IMG/VR virus record: IMGVR_UViG_3300028797_000093
Origin: a virus
Lineage: Duplodnaviria > Caudoviricetes
Length of the DNA stretch: 64,000 nucleotides
Reading direction: 5' to 3' (one strand)
Of the stretch, positions 49,801-57,944 are shown in pieces. Position 1 is the first letter of the stretch. The number at the start of each line of letters is the position of its first letter. The notes beneath the pieces are model-generated. The model ran no database searches. It saw only the letters and a list, made by a program, of their open reading frames with translations, and was not told the DNA's origin. The position numbers and the translations under genes were made by a program.

Positions 49801-51335
49801 TATCTAACCAGCAGAGATCCAGAGTTTAACTGTTCAGAAATATAGTTATCATTTATTACCAGTTTATTTGGATTAAGTTCATCGAACTCTAAGCATAGAA
49901 TACCCTCTTTAATAGTATATCCCAGCTGAGTAGCATCAGTTAGATCAAAACTATCAGAAGCTTTTGGATCAAATTCTGCATTAAGAATTCCATCTACAAC
50001 TCTAAGACCTATAGGTCTATTTTCATTAGTGTGAACTTCCTGTTCACCACTATCTACATAATTAACTCCATTGATAGCATAGAAGTTTACCAATGTATCT
50101 GTATAATTCTTTAACCAAGATTGAGAAACAAACTCTAGATTGGTTAAGCTAAGAGCAGCATTGTAATCAAAGAATATTTTAATATGCTGGTCATAGTATG
50201 TGGTACCATTACCAACATAGACTATATTATTGTAGATACGAATAGTATCAGTACAAAGAGTTAGATTAAGTGTATTATTCTCAGTTTTATTGAATACAAT
50301 AATATTTGCTGGGAATATTTTTCTCATTCTATTTAATTTATTGAAGTTAACAACAGTTCTACCAAGAGAACTATAATTTCTTGGATTTCCAGAGTTTACT
50401 TCACAATAGAAGAGATCAGATACTTGATCATACATATCTGTACTACTAACTTCTGCTATATTCTTAATATTAATAGCAGCTTCTATATAAGTAACTTTAG
50501 CATTATCAGATATATTGGAATAGGTCATATAAGATCTTCCATAAGAGTCAAAAGTGAAAATAGTCTTATTCTTATTTGCATTAGAATAATTTACATTCTC
50601 TTCATAGTTGACTTCAAAGGGAAGTATATAAAATACCGGATTGATTTCTCCTGTAATCAATCTAGTTCTTACTTTATCAATAAGATAAGAAGAAGAATTA
50701 TACTTAAGATCTTCCATATTGATATAGATATTAAATTCTTCATAAGAGATAGCAAAATAACATCTAGACCAAGGAATGAAAAATCCATCTACAAATACTA
50801 ATATTGGATAAATAATTTTATCATCAATAATAGCAGTCTTGAATGGGACTAAGTAATTATTAATAACCTCATCAGGTCTGATATAATATTTGTTTCCTAC
50901 AATAGTACCATCAGTACCATCACCTAAAAAATAATAGTAAATACTAGTACCATTATTCTCTACATTAAGGTATCTATTAACTCCAAGAGGTGTTCCATTA
51001 GAAAAAGATGGGGAAGAATAATATTTCTTTACCCCATCTTCATAAACACTATTGCCAGCTTTGACGAATGGCTTACAATAAGTAGAAGACTGCAACTTAT
51101 TGTAAGTATTCACTCTGAGAGGTATGCTAGACAATCTAAAGACTATATCTCGCTTACCATCTATATATTGTGTACCATTATCAGAGAAATAAGTACCAGA
51201 AGTTCCCAGATAAGTATCTAGTCTATAAGGAATTCTACTTTTCTGTACATCCTCTGTAATGCTGTCGGATTTAGTTATGACTTGTTTTACATTGGAGTTA
51301 AAGACCTCAAATTCTGTGGGTCTTCTAGGTTTCAT
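43806..51335 (-). CDS. giant virion/tail-associated protein with C-terminal bacterial Ig-like domain and BspA-type leucine-rich repeats
   Basis: PPNKTLYYTTEKFDPAGMVIVIHWTDGS (Ig-like); repeated IG..AF.GC.SL.SI.IP (LRR_5/BspA). Confidence 0.75.
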   Translation of the reverse strand: MKPRRPTEFEVFNSNVKQVITKSDSITEDVQKSRIPYRLDTYLGTSGTYFSDNGTQYIDGKRDIVFRLSSIPLRVNTYNKLQSSTYCKPFVKAGNSVYEDGVKKYYSSPSFSNGTPLGVNRYLNVENNGTSIYYYFLGDGTDGTIVGNKYYIRPDEVINNYLVPFKTAIIDDKIIYPILVFVDGFFIPWSRCYFAISYEEFNIYINMEDLKYNSSSYLIDKVRTRLITGEINPVFYILPFEVNYEENVNYSNANKNKTIFTFDSYGRSYMTYSNISDNAKVTYIEAAINIKNIAEVSSTDMYDQVSDLFYCEVNSGNPRNYSSLGRTVVNFNKLNRMRKIFPANIIVFNKTENNTLNLTLCTDTIRIYNNIVYVGNGTTYYDQHIKIFFDYNAALSLTNLEFVSQSWLKNYTDTLVNFYAINGVNYVDSGEQEVHTNENRPIGLRVVDGILNAEFDPKASDSFDLTDATQLGYTIKEGILCLEFDELNPNKLVINDNYISEQLNSGSLLVRYSMDMDQYDFDELNCYYYNSTNNTKTQIPVNKSTFFNLYNKIYHYDIYNKNRGKLPIMNQTVINDQTFEIKDLGTLNSIYSYYVGQNLTLKNMSFNDDTFTDKVNSTLGSAIGKYKFTYIVDNPRNDRYGYTTIDSELKPGSTIDPDSIKMRSAKFVADLMKDDVDSPLGLEVGFKGYQYNAKINYTAYTDYTYATVAANIPDYTASDGKLLIPVEVFPDTEHDSYYFTVGTSSYYVKEYSNEYYDPTEGKVVRKTGVYQLDKEYMDYSGIMTITYDKNATVINEARMNNVQLSNTEISVYPNSSTTVNLSEVDLQINVNKYTSNFDYNIASGSIITNFVCTNGGSLTYVNTGATVTVSDEELLYNTFGNRVGTYQFEYDTDSSQWIVNESLTYATLTECGITYSGTDSFVITIKNSTYPTWTVGGSAVDVEEVYGIKFNGICSVGNTLSITFTKTVTGMIEDTYDPDAINCKTVMNDYLQLKLVDGVTNVVYDNYLIYTNVNPYHEYPGRIEFVYNSSSHNWTVTVYRYISDDLVYKISFEYANLEGFAIEYEGSPVNGDTIIVYYEPPVFKWNMYKAVPTNSDDFNDGYIYPEEPTAEDINLVDYGIGLTATITQTSIINAKIYNEDLLAEKFDGSSGTYIFRYSGSDNGWYYQNEAISSLSDYGIDINGSIPVDGDYIITEINTTNEPSWMDSVFVTIYETNVNCMEFPDGTYYNKEIAAEIILNSYGADISEYVGNIKGNDKIIFEYSNVVGIPRYILNLLINKFNYYDAFKTDESYVEDTYMDTYESYNDKISDILKNYKLYEYQLSTMLLNNQSIFDKYLKQSFSSNLRFAEYDRDYIINNIAKLISGSYYIDIPIKNRYAYMLDFENMFLNFYIGNNLDRFSDIDSNIFRYQLSLDRFSNNKAPIEFMFFDNINNSEYTTSFSNTVKYKKYDPSIFNEDMRLYTTAMRQDNEFTYPESENGYPITMEFNVKYNINRIKYRGILKPGANAAKTIYTPAAAKGDFYYLNNNGYVNGVSVNASSYRILLCIRDVYDAEEALFNEIKPSTDNSTSWKLISGPNLIDGITANDYSMLVLDQEYINIELEDSSLYDTDLTIVSNNRFMYHQFQYYAPTGDYGAIDNDMNSIVLEDIYNNDLFKYCDDSSRYLVFIANKSGNTHTDYRYISSDQYRVSIPNDYNAPYYKRKIFFTFDIPQGAYVAVFFVPMSMQTVEFQQRAEYQDGTVIFDISYEAKKDLHYTFNSEMYMVFSDGKKIPQSWIEKIGPDRLAIRDPNNTGTISYNNISIVKYIPSTLQSRFDTYIDSNELETITDDEFMKYIIKVGLSKEDILNIIEKLAYRHRYASTGTSYYIDDSLTLNNYGSGMSEFVYWLYNDMSTTSNQKLTVFDYDAINMDDIDSFANNNKFIEATVKLIREFYIENTLVPYNTHENPAPTFSYHDNIAAKSEGLTSNTRYANDTTNTYVYPVLQDYRFDVIFGTYNLHNLTTNARTVINPGESDYSFYLYSVNGSILPEDIVIRIDSTGVILEKDRGYSYNNINGQVVIFSITDNFTVTAYGERVSYMEMVQPPNKTLYYTTEKFDPAGMVIVIHWTDGSSEYLTDYTYNHANELLTTDITEIIVNYRDSDYFDYTITVPISVLYATPELNYTLSNDGTYYLIGDGTNGSGLSAIPESGIITIPDTIFDVQNNIVYPVKGITDNAFRNLDGINSISLGINIYDIGDYSFSGCSATTISINKGVLTIGDGAFKDCVNLTSLTIPNSVMAIGISVARGCTSLASILISNSLTSISQTMFEGCTSLTSVVLPNSITNLGLECFSGCIALEYIELSDNITYIGEKAFYGCASLTSIHIPTNVDLTTIKENTFAGSGLVEIYIPNNINEIESSAFANCVDLLYAAFQAPNSTMIGINNLGNLIFSGCTSLSYVEFGFVSSIDKCSVADNAWFKDCNSGLYIRVPSAIYNPDEEIDLTTTNYGTEWNYISEGVYALYGSSELMMVK

Positions 51336-52273
51336 ACTACCTCACTTCCAATATCCAGAATTTCCTTGGCGAACATTACCATATTCTTACCAGTGATCTT
51401 CTCGATAGTCTTCTGATTATTAATATAACAACCAACATAAGCATCAAGAATCATAGTGGTAAAGCTTGGGAAATGTTCAAGAGCGAAAACGGTTCCTTCA
51501 CCATAGAGATACATCCACTTCTCTATGATAACGTCAAAGGAGATCTTAGAGATCTTCATTACATTGGCCAGATTCTCACAGAAGAACTTGATATTAACAA
51601 AAGCATCTTCATTGATCTGGAGTTCAATTATATCAGCTTCTCTGTTAGAAATTTCTGCAATCTTACAAGCTAGACCCTTAACACTTTCACTATTAGGATC
51701 TTTACCAGCAATATTGCACATGAAATACATAGAAGCCATATACATGCATTTATTTCTAGCTCCACTGATAGTAGAAATCTTGCACAGATAATCTACTACA
51801 TGAGTGAATAGTTTAGCAAAACAAATTGCTCCTTGTTCCATAATACTATGAGAATTAATGATAATAGAATCATTGATATAATAAATATAGTTTACCATAG
51901 CAGAAGCCAGGTAAGCAATAAGAATGTCAATATCTCTACACTTGATATTACCAGTATTCTTATCTACTGTAAAGATATCAGAGCAATCAATATAGATCTT
52001 CTTATCCTTCTTAGCACCATTCCTAACATCCTTAATACAATTAACTTTAAAAGGTTTAGGAAGTCTTTTACCCATAAGAAGAATAACCTTATCAGACATA
52101 AGAATTTTAGAAAGAGCAGAAGAGATTTGTCTCCTCTTTACATCATGAACAATCTCTTCAAACCCAGGATTTTTCTTATCTACAATTTCACCATTCATAG
52201 CAAAATCAAAAATTGCTTTCTCATATTCTCCATATTTAGAATAGAGATAAGTACCAGCAATTGTTTTAGACAT
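51332..52273 (-). CDS. hypothetical protein
   Basis: 313-aa ORF with GGAGG RBS; AACA-N6-TA at 52315-52326. Confidence 0.75.
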   Translation of the reverse strand: MSKTIAGTYLYSKYGEYEKAIFDFAMNGEIVDKKNPGFEEIVHDVKRRQISSALSKILMSDKVILLMGKRLPKPFKVNCIKDVRNGAKKDKKIYIDCSDIFTVDKNTGNIKCRDIDILIAYLASAMVNYIYYINDSIIINSHSIMEQGAICFAKLFTHVVDYLCKISTISGARNKCMYMASMYFMCNIAGKDPNSESVKGLACKIAEISNREADIIELQINEDAFVNIKFFCENLANVMKISKISFDVIIEKWMYLYGEGTVFALEHFPSFTTMILDAYVGCYINNQKTIEKITGKNMVMFAKEILDIGSEVV

Positions 52274-52389
52274 TTATATTATACCTCCACATCAGTAGAA
52301 TTTTTAAAGTATTTTACTACTATGTTGAACTAAACCCATAAGAATCAATATAAATAAAAGTAGGCCAATGAAGACCTACTTTTATTGAT

Positions 52390-53235
52390 TTACAAATGGA
52401 GACTACCACTACAACTTCCTGTACATCCTGGCCAGGCACAACCTTGTACACATGTAACTGAGCAATCTGCTGTACATGCAGATGAACATATTGCACAAAC
52501 TTGTGTACAACCTACACCACATGCTGTTCCACAATTTCCCATACATACATGTGCACAATCTGTTCCACAACCTGAAGAACATGATTTTGCACAATTTGTA
52601 GTACAAGTATCGTCACAATCGCTTAAACATGCAACAACACAAGTATTTGTACAATTTAATCTACAAGCTCCTGTACATTCATCTGCACAAGCATTTGCAC
52701 ATGCGTTTACACAACCACCCGTACAACTAGTACAAACATTACTACAAGTACCTGTGCAAGTTCCTGTACAACTAGCACAACCACCAGTACAACTAGTACA
52801 AGCATTAGTACAAGAACCTTGACAAGCACCTTGACAAGTGCCAGTACAAGTATCAAAGCATAATCCTGTACAAGAAGATTTACATCCAGTTTTACCAGCA
52901 AAATCATTTGCTGTTCCTTTTGTAAATCCTTCTAGAGTAGTTATTTCAGTTCCAACTTTAGTTAGTGCATTATAGTCTATTCTTTTATAATTTGGTAAGT
53001 TTGTATCTGATAATGTTTTAATATAAGATATTTGATTAACTAATTTTGTATAATGTTCTTGAATAGCTTTTCTATCTTTTAAAGGAGAAGTAGCAGCAAC
53101 GTATTTATATGTATCATTATCAGGTAGAGCGGCAACAGATCCTTTGCCATTCCTTCTTTTACATTCATTATCAATTCTTGTTTTTAAACCATTTATATCT
53201 GCAGCGGCTATTGTATTTCCCGATTTTAAAGCCAA
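52390..53235 (-). CDS. CXXX-repeat Cys-rich protein, putative radical-SAM modification target
   Basis: C-terminal ~165 aa with Cys about every 3-4 residues (CTGTCQGACQGSCTNAC...); directly downstream of the rSAM gene. Confidence 0.8.
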   Translation of the reverse strand: MALKSGNTIAAADINGLKTRIDNECKRRNGKGSVAALPDNDTYKYVAATSPLKDRKAIQEHYTKLVNQISYIKTLSDTNLPNYKRIDYNALTKVGTEITTLEGFTKGTANDFAGKTGCKSSCTGLCFDTCTGTCQGACQGSCTNACTSCTGGCASCTGTCTGTCSNVCTSCTGGCVNACANACADECTGACRLNCTNTCVVACLSDCDDTCTTNCAKSCSSGCGTDCAHVCMGNCGTACGVGCTQVCAICSSACTADCSVTCVQGCAWPGCTGSCSGSLHL

Positions 53236-53236
53236 C

Positions 53237-54853
53237 TTACATCACCTTTAGCCTTTCATATTCCTTTTTTCCTATAATGGGTAGAGCCCATACTTCAGGA
53301 ATATTTAGTTTAAATTCTTTATCACCTTTTTTTCTAAAGTAATAGTAAGTAGCCATTACTCTAGCTTTATGCATCTCACAAATAAAAGTAGCTCTTTTAT
53401 CTGGAGTTCCATATATCTCATAATTATATCCAGAGCACCAAGCACAACCAGATGCTATAGGGCAATAAAAACATAGATCTGTACTCTGAGTACGTCTATC
53501 AATCTTTGCCATACAATCAATTCTAGCACAGTGCTCTGGAGTACAATTAATACCATCCTTTAGATTTCCGATAATATATGGTTCTTGGTCCTTACCAATA
53601 GCATTTTCCATATATCTAATACAAGGATACATATCTCCTTTATAATCCATTGCCAGCATTAAACCAAGTCCACCACACCAGTTTTGTAATTCGTTCTCTG
53701 GTAATGGTTTTCCTATATAATTATCAAACATTGAGATGTAAATATCATTAAGATGATTATTCTCTTCTAACCAGTCTACTAAATTTTTCAATTCATTATA
53801 AAGAATAGTAGCGTGTTCTGGTTCCCAACCTTTTTCATATACACAATTCATCATAATATCTTTATAATCATTCTCTATTAAAGATTTAACTGCTTCTGAT
53901 AAATATATAATATTATCAGGTGAAAGAGTAACTTTACTTTCTATATTTTTACCTGTTTTAGCAGTATAATCTTTTACAGCTGCCATGGCTCTATCATATG
54001 TAGGATTACCAAACTTATCTATTCTACAAGAGTCATGTAGTGTTTTATTACCATCTATAGTCACACCATAACTAAGGTGATTTTTATGAAGTCTTACAAA
54101 TTCTTGGAATTCTGGTTCAAAGTAGAGTAGTCCATTCGAAGACATAGAAATCATAAAATTAATAGCCCATCTATGTTTCCTTTTAAAGACTTCTCCTATG
54201 AAATATTTACAAATCTTAGACATTACATCAGTACAGAGAAGAGGCTCTCCTCCTATAAATTCTAAAACACATCCTAAAGCTTTATTAGCATTTATATATG
54301 AACTAACTCTTTCATCAGAGTTAAGAATTAAATCAATAAATGTCTTAGCAGTTTCAAATGACATTTTATGATTGCCCTTATCATGTTGATAACAATAGGT
54401 ACATCTCATATTACAGTCATCTGTTAACTGAAGAGTGATGTTTCTACAAAAATTTCCACCTATTTTCATAGGTCCATTATTTTCATAATCGTCATATAGC
54501 ATTGCTAGTTGATTACTAAAATCTATAGGACGATTTCTTGCTGTAATTTTATATCCATTTAAGACAATACAACTAAATCCAAAATTTATATCCCAAGGAG
54601 CATCTTTTATTTGATCTTTATACATATCATATATTGATTCCATACAGAAATCAAATGATAGTATAGCTTCATTTAATTTATTTTCAAAATATTGATAGGA
54701 GTCATTCCATTCTTCATCTGTGAAGTTGGTAAAACTCCTATCAATAGTATTCATAAGATCTATCAGTCTATACTTTTCATAGTATAATCTATTTACATAA
54801 CTATTTAAAGATTCCGGTATGCTGATAATATTTGGATTATTAATGTCCACCAT
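53237..54853 (-). CDS. radical SAM/SPASM peptide maturase, CXXX-repeat target type
   Basis: CNMRCTYC, FIGGEPLL, SPASM WCGG...YPC...CFYCPIASGCAWC; likely start ATG 54853 with AAAGGA RBS. Confidence 0.85.
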   Translation of the reverse strand: MVDINNPNIISIPESLNSYVNRLYYEKYRLIDLMNTIDRSFTNFTDEEWNDSYQYFENKLNEAILSFDFCMESIYDMYKDQIKDAPWDINFGFSCIVLNGYKITARNRPIDFSNQLAMLYDDYENNGPMKIGGNFCRNITLQLTDDCNMRCTYCYQHDKGNHKMSFETAKTFIDLILNSDERVSSYINANKALGCVLEFIGGEPLLCTDVMSKICKYFIGEVFKRKHRWAINFMISMSSNGLLYFEPEFQEFVRLHKNHLSYGVTIDGNKTLHDSCRIDKFGNPTYDRAMAAVKDYTAKTGKNIESKVTLSPDNIIYLSEAVKSLIENDYKDIMMNCVYEKGWEPEHATILYNELKNLVDWLEENNHLNDIYISMFDNYIGKPLPENELQNWCGGLGLMLAMDYKGDMYPCIRYMENAIGKDQEPYIIGNLKDGINCTPEHCARIDCMAKIDRRTQSTDLCFYCPIASGCAWCSGYNYEIYGTPDKRATFICEMHKARVMATYYYFRKKGDKEFKLNIPEVWALPIIGKKEYERLKVM

Positions 54854-54876
54854 GAGTCCTTTATCCTTTCTATCTA

Positions 54877-55893
54877 TTAGGTAGTATAAGCAACAGGTAC
54901 ATGTACCCATTTATCGGTTGCATTTTTATAATACTTTAAACCACCTGTAGTGGCAGTTGTATCAATCCATAATATACTAGTATTTGTAGGAGCAGTAGTT
55001 CCAGCTTGCCAAACTGTACTAGGTCCCTGAGGACCAGTCGGACCTGTAGCACCTGTTGCACCTTTAGCACCTGTCGGACCTGTTGGACCAGTCGGACCTG
55101 TTGGACCAGTGGGACCTGTCGGACCTGTTGGACCAGTGGGACCAGTAGCACCCGTTGCACCTTTAGCACCTGCAGCGCCATTAGCACCCGCAGCACCAGT
55201 TGGACCTGTTGGACCTGTAGGACCAGTGGGACCAGTAGCACCCGTTGCACCTTTGGCACCTGTCGGACCTGTAGCTCCTTTAGGACCTTGAACACCTTGC
55301 TCACCAGCAGGACCTGTAGGGCCTACAGCAGGAACTTGGATTATTGTTGTAGTACCAGTAGGGCCTGGTATACCTTGAGGACCAGTTTGACCAGTAGGAC
55401 CCATCTTACCAGTAGAACCAATAGCTCCAGTAGGACCTTGTCTGCCCGTTGGACCTGTTGGGCCTTGTCTGCCCGTTGGACCTGTTGGACCTAAGTTACC
55501 TTGAGGACCTGTTGGACCTTTAGCTCCCATTGCTCCAGTAGCACCAGTAGGGCCTATTTTACCCGTTGCACCTGTTGGACCTAAGTTACCTTGAAAACCA
55601 GTAGGACCCATCATACCAGTAGGACCAATAGCTCCAGTAGGGCCATGAGCCCCTTGGGGACCAGTAGGACCCAATGAACCAGTCTGACCAGTAGGTCCAG
55701 GACCACCAGTAGGACCCAATGCACCAGTGGGTCCAGCAGGGCCTATAGGACCACTATCGAAAGGAACAATATTACCATTTCCATCAGAAGCATATATAGT
55801 TTTATTTTCATAATCTACTAATAATTCTCTTGGTACAGCTTTATCTCTATCCTTATATTCCAAAGGTCTAATAGGAAATCTTCCTGAAGACAT
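54877..55893 (-). CDS. collagen-like (G-P-T rich) fibre protein
   Basis: About 80 G-X-Y triplets dominated by GPT/GAT; C-terminal [15 protein letters not shown] tip; AACA-N6-TA at 55935-55946. Confidence 0.88.
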   Translation of the reverse strand: MSSGRFPIRPLEYKDRDKAVPRELLVDYENKTIYASDGNGNIVPFDSGPIGPAGPTGALGPTGGPGPTGQTGSLGPTGPQGAHGPTGAIGPTGMMGPTGFQGNLGPTGATGKIGPTGATGAMGAKGPTGPQGNLGPTGPTGRQGPTGPTGRQGPTGAIGSTGKMGPTGQTGPQGIPGPTGTTTIIQVPAVGPTGPAGEQGVQGPKGATGPTGAKGATGATGPTGPTGPTGPTGAAGANGAAGAKGATGATGPTGPTGPTGPTGPTGPTGPTGPTGAKGATGATGPTGPQGPSTVWQAGTTAPTNTSILWIDTTATTGGLKYYKNATDKWVHVPVAYTT

Positions 55894-55934
55894 ATCTTAT
55901 ATTCACTCCTTATATAAACCAAATGAAGAGTATT

Positions 55935-55946
55935 TACTTGAATGTT
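55935..55946 (-). promoter_or_regulatory. putative late promoter motif AACA-N6-TA (representative copy)
   Basis: Minus-strand copies at 886, 3682, 6726, 23311, 33916, 39366, 43775, 52315, 60206 and 62390; plus-strand copy at 60226; all in upstream intergenic regions. Confidence 0.7.
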
Positions 55947-56018
55947 AAAATAGTACATATGTATCTTAATCTATAAAAAATAAAGCAATGGGGATGGATT
56001 TTAACCCATCCCCAATAC

Positions 56019-56666
56019 TCATCTTCTGATAACCCTGATGATAAGTTCATTACCAGGGAAGTCCTGATCAGCATAGCTTAAAAGCTGTTCGGCTATATCA
56101 GAATAGCCAGTAGCAGTGATCTGGATTGTAGAAGAGATTATGATAGGTCTTTTGGCTTCCACTTCTTCAGACACTGTATCCTCAGACTCCATGATATTAG
56201 AGAACCTCTCATCTCTACTGAAGAAGTTCTTCCAATCATCATAATACTTCTTGTATCTGGTGGATCTATCATTGGGATATTTCACACCAGATTTCTTAAT
56301 GATGTTGGCCACAGTAGGATAGCTGCAGCCAAACATCTTGGCCATAATGTCTCTGCTCATATGAAAGACATTGAGCAGCCTATCCAGATACTCCTTCTGG
56401 AGATCTTCAGGAAGAGACTTGAACTCTTCCAACTTCATGGGCATGTTTATTGAAAACTTCTGAACCTTGCCGCATTTCTTCTTGTACTCCTTGGCAGAGA
56501 CATCTAAGTCTCTAGGAGTTCCGTTCTTTCTTGTCTTGCCAGAGGTATGATGTGCCCCACACACCATACCTTTCTTTTCTCTTATTGCTTCATTGAAGCA
56601 ATATTCTGCGTCACTCATTAATACTTCCCCTTTACTTATAGTATATGATAGCATACCCTCTATCAA
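56019..56666 (-). CDS. hypothetical protein with possible HTH
   Basis: SRDIMAKMFGCSYPTVANIIK; early-type motif at 56671-56683. Confidence 0.55.
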   Translation of the reverse strand: MIEGMLSYTISKGEVLMSDAEYCFNEAIREKKGMVCGAHHTSGKTRKNGTPRDLDVSAKEYKKKCGKVQKFSINMPMKLEEFKSLPEDLQKEYLDRLLNVFHMSRDIMAKMFGCSYPTVANIIKKSGVKYPNDRSTRYKKYYDDWKNFFSRDERFSNIMESEDTVSEEVEAKRPIIISSTIQITATGYSDIAEQLLSYADQDFPGNELIIRVIRR

Positions 56667-56737
56667 TACTATAATATATAATTAAAAATTATTAGAATAA
56701 CAGCTGGAGTTATTATACTCCAGCTGTTTATTATATA

Positions 56738-57940
56738 TTATAGATAATCTTTATCTTCCATAACAGCAAGAATTTCTTCCACATTATTTTTTAATCTTTC
56801 ATCTGCTTTATTCATATTATAAGCTTTTACTGCATATACAAGAGCTTCCTTTTTATTTCCAATATAATAATATGCTAAGCTTAATAAATCATAAGGTTCA
56901 TCTAGCCAAGATCTATCTCTCTCAAGCCATGTATAATGTCTATAAGAATTTCTCAATCCTTGTTTTATATACCCTATAGCTTGTTCATGATTACCTTTTT
57001 CAATAAGTAGTTTAGCTAAATTAAGATAAGGTTCTCTATATGTAGGTTCTATTTCTATAGATTTTTCATAACTAATTATAGCTTCATAATTTTTATTCAT
57101 AATTCTATAGTTATCACCCATAAATAGATAGCAACTAGCTTCCTCTATAGAATTAGGTGAAAAATTTTCTAATACTTTTCTTAGAGTTTCATTACTTTTT
57201 CCATAATTACCAGTATAATTATATTCATGAGCTAAATAAATTAATCCATAATAATCGTCATCATATTCTTCTGCTCTTAATTCCAATAATGGTAGATAAC
57301 TACTTCTAGATTTATTAAGATCAGGATAATGATGTAATATTATAGAATCTCCATACTGTACTTCTGTACTAACATTATAAAATTCTGATTTAGTATCTTT
57401 ATCACATAAAAACTCATGAACAGGACATTTCCATATCCAATTCTTAGTATGAATTTTATTATACATAAATATTCTACCAGGAGTTCCATCAGCCATATGT
57501 GACCATATATAAGTATAACTTCCCCTTTGAGAAACTCCTTTTACCCATTTAGATATAAGAGTATTATACCACCCTGGTTCTAATAACTCATCAAGATCAG
57601 TACTAAAATATATATCAGTATCTCTAGGACACAACATCATAGCATCATTACGAGGAGTATCGAATCTCCATGGATTATACTTCTTTTGAGCTACTATATA
57701 TTTTCTTGGATTTTGTTTTGCATATTCTAATAGTTTCTCATAAGTACCATCTGTAGATCCAGTATCTAATATTACAACATAATCAGCTTCACTCATAGAT
57801 TCTATCCACTTATCTACGAATTGCAGCTCATTCTTACAAATAGCATATATAGATACTTTCAATTTATTATCTTCAATTAGTTTATCTTCATCTTCTCTTA
57901 TATCTTGCAATATAATATTATTCAAAGGTAGTTCAGCCAT
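56738..57940 (-). CDS. GT2 glycosyltransferase with TPR repeats
   Basis: YAICKNE, LDTGSTDGT, WRFDTPRN, DLDE, WKCPVHE, TPR-like C-terminus. Confidence 0.88.
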   Translation of the reverse strand: MAELPLNNIILQDIREDEDKLIEDNKLKVSIYAICKNELQFVDKWIESMSEADYVVILDTGSTDGTYEKLLEYAKQNPRKYIVAQKKYNPWRFDTPRNDAMMLCPRDTDIYFSTDLDELLEPGWYNTLISKWVKGVSQRGSYTYIWSHMADGTPGRIFMYNKIHTKNWIWKCPVHEFLCDKDTKSEFYNVSTEVQYGDSIILHHYPDLNKSRSSYLPLLELRAEEYDDDYYGLIYLAHEYNYTGNYGKSNETLRKVLENFSPNSIEEASCYLFMGDNYRIMNKNYEAIISYEKSIEIEPTYREPYLNLAKLLIEKGNHEQAIGYIKQGLRNSYRHYTWLERDRSWLDEPYDLLSLAYYYIGNKKEALVYAVKAYNMNKADERLKNNVEEILAVMEDKDYL

Positions 57941-57944
57941 ACTC

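Noticed and set aside
54854-54910. Cys-rich N-terminal extension MGTCTCC of the rSAM ORF
   Set aside because: It overlaps the collagen gene end. An ATG at 54853 with an RBS is the more plausible start.
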